Part shown: positions 11,460-23,890 of the stretch, one piece after another
How the letters are laid out: every line of letters starts with the position of its first letter
How positions within the stretch are numbered: position 1 is the first letter of the stretch
DNA from: a virus
Lineage: Duplodnaviria > Caudoviricetes
Length of the DNA stretch: 53,939 bases
Direction: 5' to 3' (one strand)
IMG/VR virus record: IMGVR_UViG_3300027741_000088
Span: 1 to 53,939 of that record
The notes under the pieces: model-generated
The model's input: the letters and a program-made list of their open reading frames with translations, nothing else
Told to the model about the DNA's origin: nothing
The model's database searches: none
Program-made: the position numbers and the translations under genes

Positions 11460-14400
11460 TGACCCCTACAAATTTGTTTTCATATCTTTTTTTTAATATA
11501 AAAGATTTCTCAAATTCTGAGACACTATCAACATATTCTTTAGATATTACACCTTTAACTTTTATACCAGATTTTACAACAGTTAATCTGTTGTCTACTG
11601 CAGGGACTTATGCTAATAAATACGTTCAATGGGATTTTGGTGATGGCACAACCTCTACTCAAATTACTGCAACTCATCACTATAAATGGCCTGGTTCATA
11701 TAAAGTACAGTTAACATTTTTTGATGATCAAGGAAATGCATACAGTGATATATACACACCAACAGTTCAGATTTTTAATTTTGTTGAGGATGATATAATT
11801 TTTAAAGATTACGGTAAATTTATCTACGATGTTCCTGCAAGCAGAATCACTGACCCTTTAGTTATCTTAAGAAGAAACAGCTTTCAAACTTTACAAGCAT
11901 TAACTGGAAATCATTTTACAATTAATTTATATGCTTCAGGTGCACTTGGCAATTATATTAATGCTGAAACATATTATAATGATAAATGGGCTCATTTGAG
12001 GTCTTTATCTCGATTCTATATAAAAGAAAATTTTGGTAAAAATTATAATTATACTATAGTAGATCAAGTCAGTACTATTGACACCAATATATATGCAAGA
12101 ATCAATAACAATGCTTTGGAATTATGTGGTGAAAACGATACTGGCAGTACCTTTGCTGGTACCACTGGATATGCAGAGATTTATTATGTAGATGACCGAA
12201 CTAAAAATTTTACTACCAGAGATTCTCCTATTTTTGTTTTTGCTACACCAGACAATGCATTATATAACGATGCATTTACCTATTCAAATGATCTGTACAA
12301 ATACATACCTCATCCTCCAGAAGGCATGCAGACTATTAAATCTGCTGTTCAGCCCATAATTAAAGTTAGACACAATCCTGCTAATACTCTTTCTATTACA
12401 ACTAATGGCATTGATGGTGAAGGGCCACTTTCTACTACTATATTTCAATTACCAGCAATAAGCTGGCAAAACACAGAAATTCCTTTTGTTATAAAATTAA
12501 AGGATGATCTAGGTTATACAACAAGAACATATCCCCCATTATATTGTTCTTCTATAGATGCAACTACGCCCAGTGCTTCTACTTTTAACTTGCAGATAGA
12601 TCTAATTGCATTGTCTGGAAATAATTATGTACGTACAAAAGATACACTTTATTATAATGATTTTCCTGCAGAAGCACCACAGAGCATTGGTGCTTTTTAT
12701 AAAGGGTATTTTATACCACAATCATCTAACACTACATGCAAATTAACTGCTGGCATGTACATTGTTGATCCAGTTAATTTTCCTAAAGATAGTTTGTTAG
12801 GATGGATTTGTCAACCTGATTACAAATACTTAAAAAGAATATTTAGAACCAGCATATACAACTACTGCTTTGGCACAGCAGAATTTGCGCTTTCAGGGAA
12901 AATTGATAATTTTAGAACACCAAACAGTCCTAATTCTTATTGTTTAGCTGTAGCACCTTCAGGAGCAGGCATAGGCAATGACTACCAAGCTTGGGTAGGT
13001 GATGCTGCAGTTGATAAGATATATAAAGTTGATGTTTTTGGTAATATACTCTCTGCTTTTGCACTATCTTCATATCCAGTTGAATCTTCTTCTGGAATAG
13101 TGTATCAAGATTTACGATCAAATGAATTATCAAGTTCAGCTCCCAATAGCATTGCTCTAGATGGCGCTAGCAACATTTGGATATCACTTTTTGATGCTGT
13201 TTCTTGTATTAAGATCAATAGCAACACTGGTAATGTAATGTCTATTGCTTATCCTAATCTAGTAAATGCAGTATATCTGTTGAGCTCAACATACACATTA
13301 CCTGAATTGTCTGGATTTGCTGGTGAAAATTCTTTATTACCTGCTTCCATTGACACAGATTATGATAACAATTTATGGGTTGCATATACACACCCTGTAT
13401 CAAACTTCTTAATAAAATATGATACATATGGTGACATTTTAACAGCAATTCCTATTGCACCTCTTGTTTCTCCTGTGGAAATAGTAGTTGATAGGGATGA
13501 ATATGTGTGGGTAACTGCTTTAAACAATCTTGTTTCACCTCCAGATATAAACAATAGAAACGATTTTGTATTTAAATATACAAAGTACGGTGATTTAGTT
13601 ACAGGATATCCTATCAGTGGCTTCAAACTTGTAGGCAATATAACAGTGGATGGCAGTCAAAATGCTTATGTTTCCAATTCTACTAATATTATAACTAAAA
13701 TTGATGCAAAAACTGGCCAAACCACTAACTTTATTGCAGGCAGTGCAATAAATATTACCAACTATATTTGTGATATAGGTGGCATTGCTTGTGACACTAG
13801 TGATTACTTGTGGGTTATTAATAATCGCGATAATAAACTATATTATTTTGATATATTGCCAGGTGCCACACCAGCCCTCTCATCAAGCATTTATTTGAAT
13901 CTTGCATTTCCTGCTGATAATGATCCAACTAATCCAGTATCAGCATTTGATGATAGATTATTTCAAGCTTATGGTGATTGGAATGGGTCAAGATGGATCA
14001 ACAAATACATGGTGCCATACACAGTTACAAGATATGTATCAGGAGAATCAAGTGAATTCTCAGTATTTTCCGATAATGGTGTTTATAACATACAAAAAAT
14101 AAATGAAAATTTTGATGCCAATTCTTTTTATGATAATTTAAGATATCAAGAAATTTTATTAGATAAAAGTGTATTTTTTGATGAATTTTTAGGAACAATT
14201 GTGGGCAACTTGAGCGCTCAACCTTATGAATTAGGAAAAACAATATATGAAAAAATAGCAAACTTTACTTCTAATATTGCAGATGTAGACAAGTGCAATT
14301 TATATCAATTGCTTTCTTTCTGCAAAGAACTTGGAATACAGTTTGAACAATACAACTACCCTTTTCCTCCTCAGCTTAGACGCATAGTGGATCTTCTCAG

Positions 14401-16549
14401 CATTAAACAACGCATATTATATGGCAGCCAAAATCAATATATCAGTGATTTCAATAAAAAATTTACTGTCAATCCCAATATTGGCAGAAACTTAGGCAAT
14501 AGAATCTCACCTATTTCAGGCACAATAACATCAGGTAAACCTATTGTTGCTTATGAAAAATTTTCTAATTTGTACACTCTAGTAAACACCAATATATTTC
14601 CTACACCCACACCCACACCCACACCCACACCCACCCCTACTCCCACTCCTACTCCCACATCAACACCAATTCCTGTAACTTTTGTCACTTCAAATGGTCA
14701 AGTAGTAGTGCCCAGTGCAAATAATATTAACCTTAGTGTAAGCAACACAGTTACAAATTTTGTTCTTGGGTTCAATTTAACAGATTATTGCTCAATAAAA
14801 AACAATTTTGATGTAACAAATTACAGCAATTGTTATCTTTCAGGATATAATTTTAATAATGTTTATTTGACTAAAAATCCTATATATGTCACTAATGCTG
14901 CAACATTGTCATCTGCTCCTGCAAATTACTTCTCTATATACTACTACACCACAGGATCTGCTCTTGTAAATGTATTGAGTAGCAAAACTGCTCCTACACC
15001 CACACCCACACCTACTGTCACTCCAACAGTAACACCCACAAGAACACCTACTCCAACACCAACAGTAACACCCACAAGAACACCTACTCCAACACCAACA
15101 GTAACACCAACACCCACAGTAACTTCCACACCTGCACCCACACCTACACCCTCTCCCACCCCAACTATAACACCCACACCTACTGTAACAGTTACTCCCA
15201 CTCCAACTATTACACCTACGCCATCACCCACACCTACTATTACACTTACACCCACACCCACTCCAACTATTACACCCACACCTACGCCTACTGTTACACC
15301 CACGCCTACTGTTACACCAATACCTATAGTATTTGGACGTCTTCCTTTTGTGGCCGGAAGAAATAGTTCTCAAAACACCTTCGGTACAGGTGCTGGAACA
15401 GCAGTTATAACTGCTCTTACTGCCATGTCTGCAGCTACAATGCCTGTACCACAGTATAGCAAATTTGTATTATCAAAGAACTCATCAGGAGTTACAAATT
15501 TTGCGCTTTCCGCTAATACAACCAAATGGTTTGGCTCAGGAGATAATTCTGCTGGACAAATGGGCATAGGCAATACTACATTATACGTAACTTTAACTGC
15601 TATTCCTGGCAATTGGACAGATATTATTGTTAGTAACTTTTATCCCAGCCAATTCACTGTTGCACAGAGTGCAAAACCTGATGGTACACCATCCAACCAA
15701 TGGTATGCAACAGGAACCAATGCTTATGGCCAGTTTGGTGTACCGCAGTATTACACAAATTCATTTAATTCTTTTGTGCCTATTACTGGCTCTTGGTCAA
15801 AAATGCGACCAGGAGATAGTTATACTTTGGCACAAAGTGCAAAGTCTGATGGCACACCATCAACTCAATGGTATGCAGCAGGTAGGAACACAACAAATAA
15901 TATTTTTGGTTTTCAAGCAGGTGGTAGTAATAATTCGTACACTTCTTTCACACGCATCACAGGAGAATGGGTTGATATGATATCACATGATGGTAGTAGA
16001 ACATATGCTTGCACACTGGCTCAAAGTGCTGGCCCCCTTGGCATAGGATCAAACAAATGGTTTGGTGCAGGGTATAATGGCGCAAACAATTTTGGAAATA
16101 GCAATTCTACAAATTCTCAAACATTTACAGCCATGCCAGGTGATTGGTATACCATGTATAATACAACATTTACAACTGTTGCACAGAGTGCAAAGTCTGA
16201 TAGTACACCATCAACCCAATGGTTTGGAACAGGTATTAATTTTTATGGTATGTTTGCTAATAGTAATAATACTAACACTACAGTATTTACAGCCATACCT
16301 GGTGATTTTATAAAAGTAATACCAAATTCATATTATAGCATTGTGACTCTGAGTGCACAAACAACAACACCCAACCCTACAGCTGTTTATGTTGCTGGCA
16401 TAAATGTATGGGGTAATTTTGGCAACGGCAGTAACAATAATACTACAATTTTTACGCTTTCAGCCATACCTCAGCCTCTGCATGAAATTTATTCTGGTGA
16501 TAATAATTCACTCTACGGTATTCTTAGCACATATGTAACAACATACTAA
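11459..16549 (+). CDS. Large outer-baseplate protein (gp7 position): PKD/Ig domain, beta-propeller, two Pro-Thr linkers, C-terminal RCC1-like repeats
   Basis: WDFGDG PKD motif; [12 protein letters not shown] / [12 protein letters not shown] propeller repeats; PT tracts; [13 protein letters not shown]-type repeats; follows gp6 by TAATG coupling. Confidence 0.7.
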   Translation: MTPTNLFSYLFFNIKDFSNSETLSTYSLDITPLTFIPDFTTVNLLSTAGTYANKYVQWDFGDGTTSTQITATHHYKWPGSYKVQLTFFDDQGNAYSDIYTPTVQIFNFVEDDIIFKDYGKFIYDVPASRITDPLVILRRNSFQTLQALTGNHFTINLYASGALGNYINAETYYNDKWAHLRSLSRFYIKENFGKNYNYTIVDQVSTIDTNIYARINNNALELCGENDTGSTFAGTTGYAEIYYVDDRTKNFTTRDSPIFVFATPDNALYNDAFTYSNDLYKYIPHPPEGMQTIKSAVQPIIKVRHNPANTLSITTNGIDGEGPLSTTIFQLPAISWQNTEIPFVIKLKDDLGYTTRTYPPLYCSSIDATTPSASTFNLQIDLIALSGNNYVRTKDTLYYNDFPAEAPQSIGAFYKGYFIPQSSNTTCKLTAGMYIVDPVNFPKDSLLGWICQPDYKYLKRIFRTSIYNYCFGTAEFALSGKIDNFRTPNSPNSYCLAVAPSGAGIGNDYQAWVGDAAVDKIYKVDVFGNILSAFALSSYPVESSSGIVYQDLRSNELSSSAPNSIALDGASNIWISLFDAVSCIKINSNTGNVMSIAYPNLVNAVYLLSSTYTLPELSGFAGENSLLPASIDTDYDNNLWVAYTHPVSNFLIKYDTYGDILTAIPIAPLVSPVEIVVDRDEYVWVTALNNLVSPPDINNRNDFVFKYTKYGDLVTGYPISGFKLVGNITVDGSQNAYVSNSTNIITKIDAKTGQTTNFIAGSAINITNYICDIGGIACDTSDYLWVINNRDNKLYYFDILPGATPALSSSIYLNLAFPADNDPTNPVSAFDDRLFQAYGDWNGSRWINKYMVPYTVTRYVSGESSEFSVFSDNGVYNIQKINENFDANSFYDNLRYQEILLDKSVFFDEFLGTIVGNLSAQPYELGKTIYEKIANFTSNIADVDKCNLYQLLSFCKELGIQFEQYNYPFPPQLRRIVDLLSIKQRILYGSQNQYISDFNKKFTVNPNIGRNLGNRISPISGTITSGKPIVAYEKFSNLYTLVNTNIFPTPTPTPTPTPTPTPTPTPTSTPIPVTFVTSNGQVVVPSANNINLSVSNTVTNFVLGFNLTDYCSIKNNFDVTNYSNCYLSGYNFNNVYLTKNPIYVTNAATLSSAPANYFSIYYYTTGSALVNVLSSKTAPTPTPTPTVTPTVTPTRTPTPTPTVTPTRTPTPTPTVTPTPTVTSTPAPTPTPSPTPTITPTPTVTVTPTPTITPTPSPTPTITLTPTPTPTITPTPTPTVTPTPTVTPIPIVFGRLPFVAGRNSSQNTFGTGAGTAVITALTAMSAATMPVPQYSKFVLSKNSSGVTNFALSANTTKWFGSGDNSAGQMGIGNTTLYVTLTAIPGNWTDIIVSNFYPSQFTVAQSAKPDGTPSNQWYATGTNAYGQFGVPQYYTNSFNSFVPITGSWSKMRPGDSYTLAQSAKSDGTPSTQWYAAGRNTTNNIFGFQAGGSNNSYTSFTRITGEWVDMISHDGSRTYACTLAQSAGPLGIGSNKWFGAGYNGANNFGNSNSTNSQTFTAMPGDWYTMYNTTFTTVAQSAKSDSTPSTQWFGTGINFYGMFANSNNTNTTVFTAIPGDFIKVIPNSYYSIVTLSAQTTTPNPTAVYVAGINVWGNFGNGSNNNTTIFTLSAIPQPLHEIYSGDNNSLYGILSTYVTTY
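14600..14668 (+). repeat. Coding (ACACCC)n tract encoding a Pro-Thr linker
   Basis: Tandem hexamer repeat translating as PTPTPT... Confidence 0.95.
14993..15319 (+). repeat. Long coding Pro-Thr/PTVT linker (about 109 codons)
   Basis: [18 protein letters not shown]... in the translation. Confidence 0.95.
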
Positions 16550-16577
16550 TGAATTATGCTATAAATAATATTATCTT

Positions 16578-16889
16578 ATGAGTGAAACCAAACCTTTGAG
16601 CGCTTTTAGTTATGACTGGGGATGGGGATTGGTTGCACCAAAAAATATTTCCGGTGCAGACATAGGCACATTTTATGAATTTTATGAATATGTAGACACA
16701 CCAGAAAATACATATTATAACAATGTTATAGACTGGGAAAATCCCATGACTTATTTAAATGCTGCCAGTTCTTTAGATTATAAATCCTGGGCTGGAACAA
16801 ACGGCATCATGCAAAATTTAATAAGCTATGAATTAACCAAAGGATTAAAATTGTTTACTAGTGCAGCCAACATACAGTACAACAATTAA
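16578..16889 (+). CDS. Small baseplate-associated hypothetical protein
   Basis: 103 aa; TATAAATA upstream; YDWGWGL motif. Confidence 0.7.
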   Translation: MSETKPLSAFSYDWGWGLVAPKNISGADIGTFYEFYEYVDTPENTYYNNVIDWENPMTYLNAASSLDYKSWAGTNGIMQNLISYELTKGLKLFTSAANIQYNN

Positions 16890-16897
16890 ATAATTTA

Positions 16898-19800
16898 ATG
16901 TCCATTACCAATAGATTTATAGATGAGAATTTGCCTAATTCTATAACATCTAATGAAGATGTTGTTTTAGTACTGGACAGAGAGCACCCATTTTCTTTTG
17001 TTAGATGGGTAGAATATAACAAAATAATATACACCAACATTTCTGACTTGCTACAAAGATATAAAAGCTATGTTGCCAATTGGTATGAAAAGAAAAACTT
17101 AATACCAGTTATTGAAACTGTTACAATTACTGATTTGTATAAAAATCTGTTAAGTGAAGTTATTTTAAATTATACCTCTTTAGAAGAAAAAAGATTTTTA
17201 CGCAACATAGATGCCAACAACCCCAGGGATCTTGCAATTGCAGTACCATTTTTTGCAGAAAAAATAAAAGACATATGCAATTATTATGCATCATTAAGAG
17301 ATAAACTGCAGAGTACAGCTGTTGAATACAATCTCAAAGGCAGTATTTACGGTCTTGAAAGTTTAATTTATAATGAAATTTCTAGAGCTTTAGAAGAGCA
17401 AGATCTTGTTGATTTAGTTAACACTTTAAATTTACCTATTTCTACGATCAGAAACAATGTCATAGTAGAATTAGAAGAAAATTATGACCAATATCCTGAC
17501 TATCTTGACATTGGCACCTTGCCTGCTTCAGCATATAATGCGACACAAGGGTTAAGAGCAGAATATTTCAATACAAACACTAATGAAATCAATCCTAATT
17601 TATTCATTGATTTTGATCAAGCCATCATTGATGCCATAAAAAGCTATCCTTTCTATCTTATAGAACTTGGCACAAATAACTTCACTATCAATTTGAATGT
17701 AAATGGTACACAACTTGATTATCTTAAAGATAGTGATTTTATAAACAATATCAATAATCAGAATGCAGATAATCTCTCTCTTAACTTAGAATCAAGCCTG
17801 ACTACCAAGTACATGGGTACAGATTATTATTATATTTCCACTGGTAGCACATCAACATCTTATGTTTCAGGCCTTTTATTTCAAGCAGACAGTCCATTTG
17901 CAAATTTTTTAAATAAAAATACACCTACCATTGCTGCAGTACCAAGTGAATCATTTTTAAGTACCAGTAAGAAATTAGGTTTATTTTTTAAACCTGATAA
18001 AATTGGGTTATTAAATTTTAATAATTTTAGTTTTACTTATGCACTAAGTTCAGAAACTTTATCTGCAAATAGTTTGTACATATTTCCAGATCCTGATGCA
18101 TATGGTAAAGTATCTGGAGGAACAAAGCAAGAACAGTATTCACCTTTAACATTTATTGATAATAGCAATGTATTGAAGTCAGACTATTCAAATAGTTACA
18201 AATATGGTGAAGCAATCAATGACCCTCTCTTGCCTACTTTTAGAGGTTATCAAAGCAGAGAACAATCGCTCAATTATTCTAATCAAGGATTGTCACGTTA
18301 TGTAGACTCTCAAACATTTTTTGATGGCTTAAAAGATAGCAATTGGGCCAATTCTGATGTATTTCCTTTGATTGATAATACTATTTTACCACTTGAAAGC
18401 AGATCAAAGACCCTGTTGCCGTTTATCAACAAGACACTTATACAATATAAATCTGATGTGTATGGCAATGAATATGGGCTTTATAAAATTATTGGCCCTA
18501 CAAAAGATGCACAAGCAAGCATATTGGCATTGCAAAACAGTAAAATAAGCAAATCTTGTTTGATTTTGGATGGTTATGTGTTTAATGATTTGAACAAGGG
18601 CACTGATTTTAACTATACTACAGACATACCTGAAGAAGGATACACATACTCTGGTGTGACTCTAAAAACTACTAACAATATCCCTCCAGGTTCAGGATAC
18701 TTTACACATGGCTCTACATTGACTGCAACTTCTCCTCTGAGCGCTTCAAAATATAACTTGGGCATACCTTCTTACAGTCTTTCAAGCACACCTTTTGCAT
18801 TAAAATCATACACCATGCAGCCAGAAAATTTTTGCTCTGCATACATACAAACAACATTTGATTGCAATGTGCGCGATGGTTTCACTTTTGTTGCACCAAA
18901 TTCTGCTCTTCTTACAGATTACCCTTCTGATGACCCTACTTTTGATCCAGTAAATACTCAAGTTTATTATGATATACTAGCTGATGCTGGTATTAATCCA
19001 CTGGGTCCAGGATATAGAGCTAACTTTGCATACCAAGGAACATTTCTTTTTTCACCACCAAATTCTGCAGCAAAATATTATGGCAATTATTTTGTAGTAA
19101 GCAGTTTTTCAAACCAAGAAACACCCTGTCCACCTGTCTTTACCACTGATACAGGGCTATTTTTAAATAGTTATTTTTATAATGTTTTGGCTCCTGCTTT
19201 TGAAACATCTGCAAATACCACAACATATGAAAATGTAGAAAGAAAAACACTGTATGAAACTAAATTTGAAACTTATGGTGATTTTTATTTTAGAAGTTCC
19301 AACTCTTCTGTTATTGCTCCAGTTTCTTCTGCTCTTTCAGGTGTTTTCTTAAAATATTCTCCAGAAATTATTAATGAAATAAACCAAAAATTAATTAATT
19401 TTGATATTTATTATGATTATTTGCAGTTAGAAACTGAAAACTATGTAATTTTTGATAGAATTGATTTTGATTATGCATTTAATATCATACAGAGTTCTTC
19501 TAGTAATGAATTTTTTATACAAAGAGGACAGTATAAGAATTTTGAAAAAATATCTACTGTTTGGTTCAATGAACTAGAAAATGAATTAATTCTTGCTAAT
19601 ATGAGTCTATCGCCTGTTAATAGCGCAACAAATTTCAAAGCCATATATCCAAACATATACACCTTCAATTTAAATTCTAATAAATTGGTACAAATTTATC
19701 CTAGCAACACACTTTCTGGTCAGGAACTAAGCAATTTTACACTATCAGGTACAAATTTTAACACTGACATCACAAGTATTGACAAACCCATCATGTCTTA

Positions 19801-20056
19801 TAGTAATGAATCAGGCTATTATAGTATAACATACTTGGCTCGTGATGTATCAGACTTGTTTTACCCTGTGATTATATCATTTAAATACTTTAATGGTATT
19901 CTAAGTAATATAAGAAACATCATGTACAAGCCCAACATGGACATTCTGCACAACAATTTTAGTAATCCTTCTGAGTATTTTGACTATAATACATATTCTG
20001 TATTGGGCAGCAGTGCAGGAACAATCATAGGAGACGAATTCGTTTTCGGAGCATAA
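16898..20056 (+). CDS. Large baseplate/virion structural protein
   Basis: 1052 aa in the baseplate cluster; TAAATA 5 nt before ATG. Confidence 0.7.
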   Translation: MSITNRFIDENLPNSITSNEDVVLVLDREHPFSFVRWVEYNKIIYTNISDLLQRYKSYVANWYEKKNLIPVIETVTITDLYKNLLSEVILNYTSLEEKRFLRNIDANNPRDLAIAVPFFAEKIKDICNYYASLRDKLQSTAVEYNLKGSIYGLESLIYNEISRALEEQDLVDLVNTLNLPISTIRNNVIVELEENYDQYPDYLDIGTLPASAYNATQGLRAEYFNTNTNEINPNLFIDFDQAIIDAIKSYPFYLIELGTNNFTINLNVNGTQLDYLKDSDFINNINNQNADNLSLNLESSLTTKYMGTDYYYISTGSTSTSYVSGLLFQADSPFANFLNKNTPTIAAVPSESFLSTSKKLGLFFKPDKIGLLNFNNFSFTYALSSETLSANSLYIFPDPDAYGKVSGGTKQEQYSPLTFIDNSNVLKSDYSNSYKYGEAINDPLLPTFRGYQSREQSLNYSNQGLSRYVDSQTFFDGLKDSNWANSDVFPLIDNTILPLESRSKTLLPFINKTLIQYKSDVYGNEYGLYKIIGPTKDAQASILALQNSKISKSCLILDGYVFNDLNKGTDFNYTTDIPEEGYTYSGVTLKTTNNIPPGSGYFTHGSTLTATSPLSASKYNLGIPSYSLSSTPFALKSYTMQPENFCSAYIQTTFDCNVRDGFTFVAPNSALLTDYPSDDPTFDPVNTQVYYDILADAGINPLGPGYRANFAYQGTFLFSPPNSAAKYYGNYFVVSSFSNQETPCPPVFTTDTGLFLNSYFYNVLAPAFETSANTTTYENVERKTLYETKFETYGDFYFRSSNSSVIAPVSSALSGVFLKYSPEIINEINQKLINFDIYYDYLQLETENYVIFDRIDFDYAFNIIQSSSSNEFFIQRGQYKNFEKISTVWFNELENELILANMSLSPVNSATNFKAIYPNIYTFNLNSNKLVQIYPSNTLSGQELSNFTLSGTNFNTDITSIDKPIMSYSNESGYYSITYLARDVSDLFYPVIISFKYFNGILSNIRNIMYKPNMDILHNNFSNPSEYFDYNTYSVLGSSAGTIIGDEFVFGA

Positions 20057-20057
20057 T

Positions 20058-23000
20058 ATGGCATTTGTAACACTAGCAACCACCACAACCACAGGCTTAA
20101 CAGCTCTGACATCATACTTCATACCTTTAGATAATACACAATACTCATCTCAGCCTTATAGTATTGTTAATTTTATTTCTGGTTCTGAGTATTATGTTGA
20201 AGGCAATCAATACACAGCCAATAACGAATTAAAAATAAACAATGCTTCATCAAAATTAAACAATGTTAGATGGATATTGGGTGGCAATATGGGCAGTTAT
20301 TTTTTACCTTGGGTTACAACGGATGCTAAAGCCACTACCATAAATTTTGCACTTTTTCCCAACTTATCAGCTTTAAATTTAGAAGCTAACAATTATTTAA
20401 ACACCATGGATCTGCGTGACTTGCCCATGAAAAGCATTGCCATGTGGGGAGCAGGGCCATTAAGCGCACTCTATATTACCAATATTGAATTCTGGAATGG
20501 GTCTTCAAACAACTGGGGATTTGTAGATATGAGACAATCTGCCTTGAGCACTGTTAGTATATCTGGTTGCAGAATCAACAGCTTGAATCTTTCTGATAAT
20601 AAACTTTCTGCTTTTGATTTTAAATTAGGTGATGATAATAAAGCTGCCCGTGTTACTACTCTTTCTGTAGGTCGTAACCCTTTTAAAAACCTTGCAATTG
20701 ATTTTAAAAATTGTGATACAAGGCTTTTATCTGGTCTTGAAACACTTAAATTTAGCAGATGGAATAATTATTCTCAAGGAATTTTTGATCCACCAAATGC
20801 TGAAGATTTATTCAAACTAAAAAGCATTACTATTGCTGGGCCTCTGAGTTCACTTACTACCTTGGACGTTTCACAAAACAATCTTTCTTCTTTGAATGTG
20901 CCGTTCATACCTAATTTAAGAAATCTTTACATTGGTGAGCATGCTCTGCAATTTGAAACTTCTGCAGATACCCCACAAAGAACACTTTCAGCAAATCAAA
21001 TAGTATTCAATTCTTTAACTGCATTGCAGTACCTCAACATGGCAGGCATTGGACCCATAAGCAAATTGAGTGATATCACTGGCATGGATCAACTTTCCAG
21101 TTTGAATTATCTGGATGCACATAATAACTCATCACTAAACGGTGTATCGTTCACAGATTTAGATCTGAATGTAATACCTGGCCGTCAATTACAGTGGGTT
21201 GGTTTAGCAAATTGTACTGCTTTGACTGGTGTTACGTTTGGCAACCAACCATTTGATCAAAGACCTATATCAAATCCAGGATTTCCAACTTTTCTAAGCC
21301 CAACTTTTGCTCTTTACAACTGTCCGGCTATTTCTTCTGTAGATGCATCATCCTTGAGTGGCATTTTTGATCTTTATTTTGATATTGTCCCTGAATTAAG
21401 AACATTAATCACACCTGTAACGTCTAAAGTAATGGGTGCTATTACTGTTACACAAGCACGTTATTTAAAAGATTTACTGGTACCACAAGTGCTTAGTTAT
21501 TCTTTAAGAATAGAAACTTGCCCTGCATTAACAGGCCTAGTATTAGATAACAACTACAACATGTTAGTTTTAAGAGTAATTGATGTGCCTTCAAATTTAC
21601 AATTTGCTGGATGTTCAGCTTTACGGGACATTTATTTGTATAATACAGATACAAGAGATATTAATTTTTCTAAACTGAGTGCCTGTCAAACATTTACATG
21701 CTATTACAATGCAAATTTAAGCAGCATAAATTTCTCTCCTGGTTTCAATGCATTATACACCATTAATTTTGCAAACAATTCAAAATTACAGTCCATTGAC
21801 TTTCAAGATTACTCTAATTTGAGGAATGTAACGATTTCTGGCAATAAAACATCAACCACCACCATAAAAAATAATATTGCACTATCTGCTGTTACTATTT
21901 ACGATGCACCTGATTCTCCTCTGCCATTGATAACTTGTAACAACAATTTCAATTTGAAGCAATTTTCTTATACTTTTGATGGCATAAACACCAATGTAGT
22001 ATCAAATGTTTCCAGTTTTAATTTCTCCAATTGTTATGCACTCACAGGCATATACCTCAAAGGTGCAAATATAAGACATCTAGATTCAGTAAAACCTCTC
22101 AACTCTTTAACCAATTTAGTTATTGACTCTCTGCCCTTGAGCTCTCTGGATGCATTAAATTACATGCCAAGCTTAACAACATTGAATCTTGCAAACACTT
22201 TGAATATTTCAGGCAATTCTCCTCTTGTAAATCTTGATTCTTATTACAATCCAGGCATTACCTATGCTAGCTTCTCCAACATACCTACATTAACTTCTGC
22301 AGATACATTCATAAGAAACTTGCCACAAGTATGCCAGTATCTTTTATTACAAAATAATCGATTAAAAACACTTGATACTGCTCCTTTTAGCGCTCTCAAT
22401 TTAAAAGTTATTAGTGTAGGATCTAATCAGCTTTCTTCTACACATATTGACTCATTACTCATTGCACTAGCCAACAATCCCAACACACCAAGTGGAACCA
22501 AAAATGTATCATATACAGGCAATATAACTAGTAGGTCTCGTGTTTCCAATGATGCAAGAACTAAACTTCTTGCAAGAGGTTGGGGTGGTACTAGCAGTGC
22601 CGCTATCAGAGCAACACCTGATTTCTATATTACTTCTGTTCCAGAAACAATACAATTTACTCAGACTGCCGATATTTTATCAACAGCAAGCTACTTGGGA
22701 TCTGCAGTACCCACATATGTTACAGTATTAAGTGGCCCGGGAGTAATAATAGGCAATGGCAACACACTTTCTGCCACAGATAGTACCGGTGTAATTACTG
22801 TGGTCATAAGTTCTGCAGATACATTCTATTATCAGCCTGTATCTGCTGTGCGCCACATACCAGCAGTTAGATATGATGTATCACCATTCATTGAATTTAC
22901 TGGGTTAAATAAAGTATATACAAATATTGTTATTGCAGCTTCTGCTTCTGTGCCAAGCTATTCACTATCAGCGCAGTTGTATTATTACCAAAATGGTATT

Positions 23001-23825
23001 TCTGCAATACCTTTGGCAGCAGGGTATTATACTGTAAGTGCAGTAGTTTCTGAGCAAAAATATTATGGCACTGCTACTAATGTGCTCAGTGTTATTAATG
23101 CAGGGGATTTTTATTCCATACCCATTTCTGCCACAAGTTCCATAATTTATTTTCCTAAAACTGTGGATACAGAAAAAGATGTTGTTGTTACATTTGATTA
23201 TGCTTTTTATGGCAGCTATTTATCTGGATCTGAAGGATTTTGCGTTTCATTTACAGATGCAACAACATACGATACTCCAATCAGTGGAGGCGGTCCAGGC
23301 AAAGCATTAAATTATGCAAACTTAACTCTTGTTTCTGAAGATGATGGTTCATTTAGTTATATCAGCTATCCAGGCAAATACAAAGGCAGTTTAGGTATTG
23401 GATTTGATGCAACAGGTAATTTTGCTCTTTCCAGCTTGAATGTCAATGGTTTGCAAGATGCAGTACCAAACACCATTAGCATTCGTGATAGCATGGATAA
23501 TAATTACAATGTTCTGTATCGCAGTGAAACTCTTACTGCATCTTCATTTAAAACTCCTTTTAATCTATATGAGTCAACAGCTGGCATACCAACCTTTAAA
23601 ACTGTGAGAGTGCGTTTAACAAATTTAGGCAAGAAAATACTGGTAGACATGAAACCACTTTCTGCATATGAATTTGTAAATTACCTCACTTATGATTTAC
23701 CTGTCCGTTTGCCAAGTGTAGCAAGTATTGGTTTGAGCTACAGTACCGGTAAGAACAACCCAACATTTAAAATAAAAAACTTTAATTTAAATTGTTTTTT
23801 TAAAACCATAACAGCAAATAGTTAA
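20058..23825 (+). CDS. Virion protein with leucine-rich repeats, Ig/MBG-like domain and C-terminal legume-lectin-like (ConA-like) domain
   Basis: LTTLDVSQNNLSSL and LNYLDAHNN LRR repeats; GYYTVSAVV...YYGTAT; VTFDYAF...EGFCVSF...LGIGFD lectin-like strands. Confidence 0.65.
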   Translation: MAFVTLATTTTTGLTALTSYFIPLDNTQYSSQPYSIVNFISGSEYYVEGNQYTANNELKINNASSKLNNVRWILGGNMGSYFLPWVTTDAKATTINFALFPNLSALNLEANNYLNTMDLRDLPMKSIAMWGAGPLSALYITNIEFWNGSSNNWGFVDMRQSALSTVSISGCRINSLNLSDNKLSAFDFKLGDDNKAARVTTLSVGRNPFKNLAIDFKNCDTRLLSGLETLKFSRWNNYSQGIFDPPNAEDLFKLKSITIAGPLSSLTTLDVSQNNLSSLNVPFIPNLRNLYIGEHALQFETSADTPQRTLSANQIVFNSLTALQYLNMAGIGPISKLSDITGMDQLSSLNYLDAHNNSSLNGVSFTDLDLNVIPGRQLQWVGLANCTALTGVTFGNQPFDQRPISNPGFPTFLSPTFALYNCPAISSVDASSLSGIFDLYFDIVPELRTLITPVTSKVMGAITVTQARYLKDLLVPQVLSYSLRIETCPALTGLVLDNNYNMLVLRVIDVPSNLQFAGCSALRDIYLYNTDTRDINFSKLSACQTFTCYYNANLSSINFSPGFNALYTINFANNSKLQSIDFQDYSNLRNVTISGNKTSTTTIKNNIALSAVTIYDAPDSPLPLITCNNNFNLKQFSYTFDGINTNVVSNVSSFNFSNCYALTGIYLKGANIRHLDSVKPLNSLTNLVIDSLPLSSLDALNYMPSLTTLNLANTLNISGNSPLVNLDSYYNPGITYASFSNIPTLTSADTFIRNLPQVCQYLLLQNNRLKTLDTAPFSALNLKVISVGSNQLSSTHIDSLLIALANNPNTPSGTKNVSYTGNITSRSRVSNDARTKLLARGWGGTSSAAIRATPDFYITSVPETIQFTQTADILSTASYLGSAVPTYVTVLSGPGVIIGNGNTLSATDSTGVITVVISSADTFYYQPVSAVRHIPAVRYDVSPFIEFTGLNKVYTNIVIAASASVPSYSLSAQLYYYQNGISAIPLAAGYYTVSAVVSEQKYYGTATNVLSVINAGDFYSIPISATSSIIYFPKTVDTEKDVVVTFDYAFYGSYLSGSEGFCVSFTDATTYDTPISGGGPGKALNYANLTLVSEDDGSFSYISYPGKYKGSLGIGFDATGNFALSSLNVNGLQDAVPNTISIRDSMDNNYNVLYRSETLTASSFKTPFNLYESTAGIPTFKTVRVRLTNLGKKILVDMKPLSAYEFVNYLTYDLPVRLPSVASIGLSYSTGKNNPTFKIKNFNLNCFFKTITANS

Positions 23826-23890
23826 ATTAATAATGCGTGCTTCTTAAACAAAGTAGTATTTAAAATGACTTTCTTCTGTAAATACTTATA

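Noticed and set aside
14600-15319. Tandem repeats as CRISPR array or telomere-like DNA
   Set aside because: No repeat-spacer structure; degenerate at third codon positions within a long ORF.
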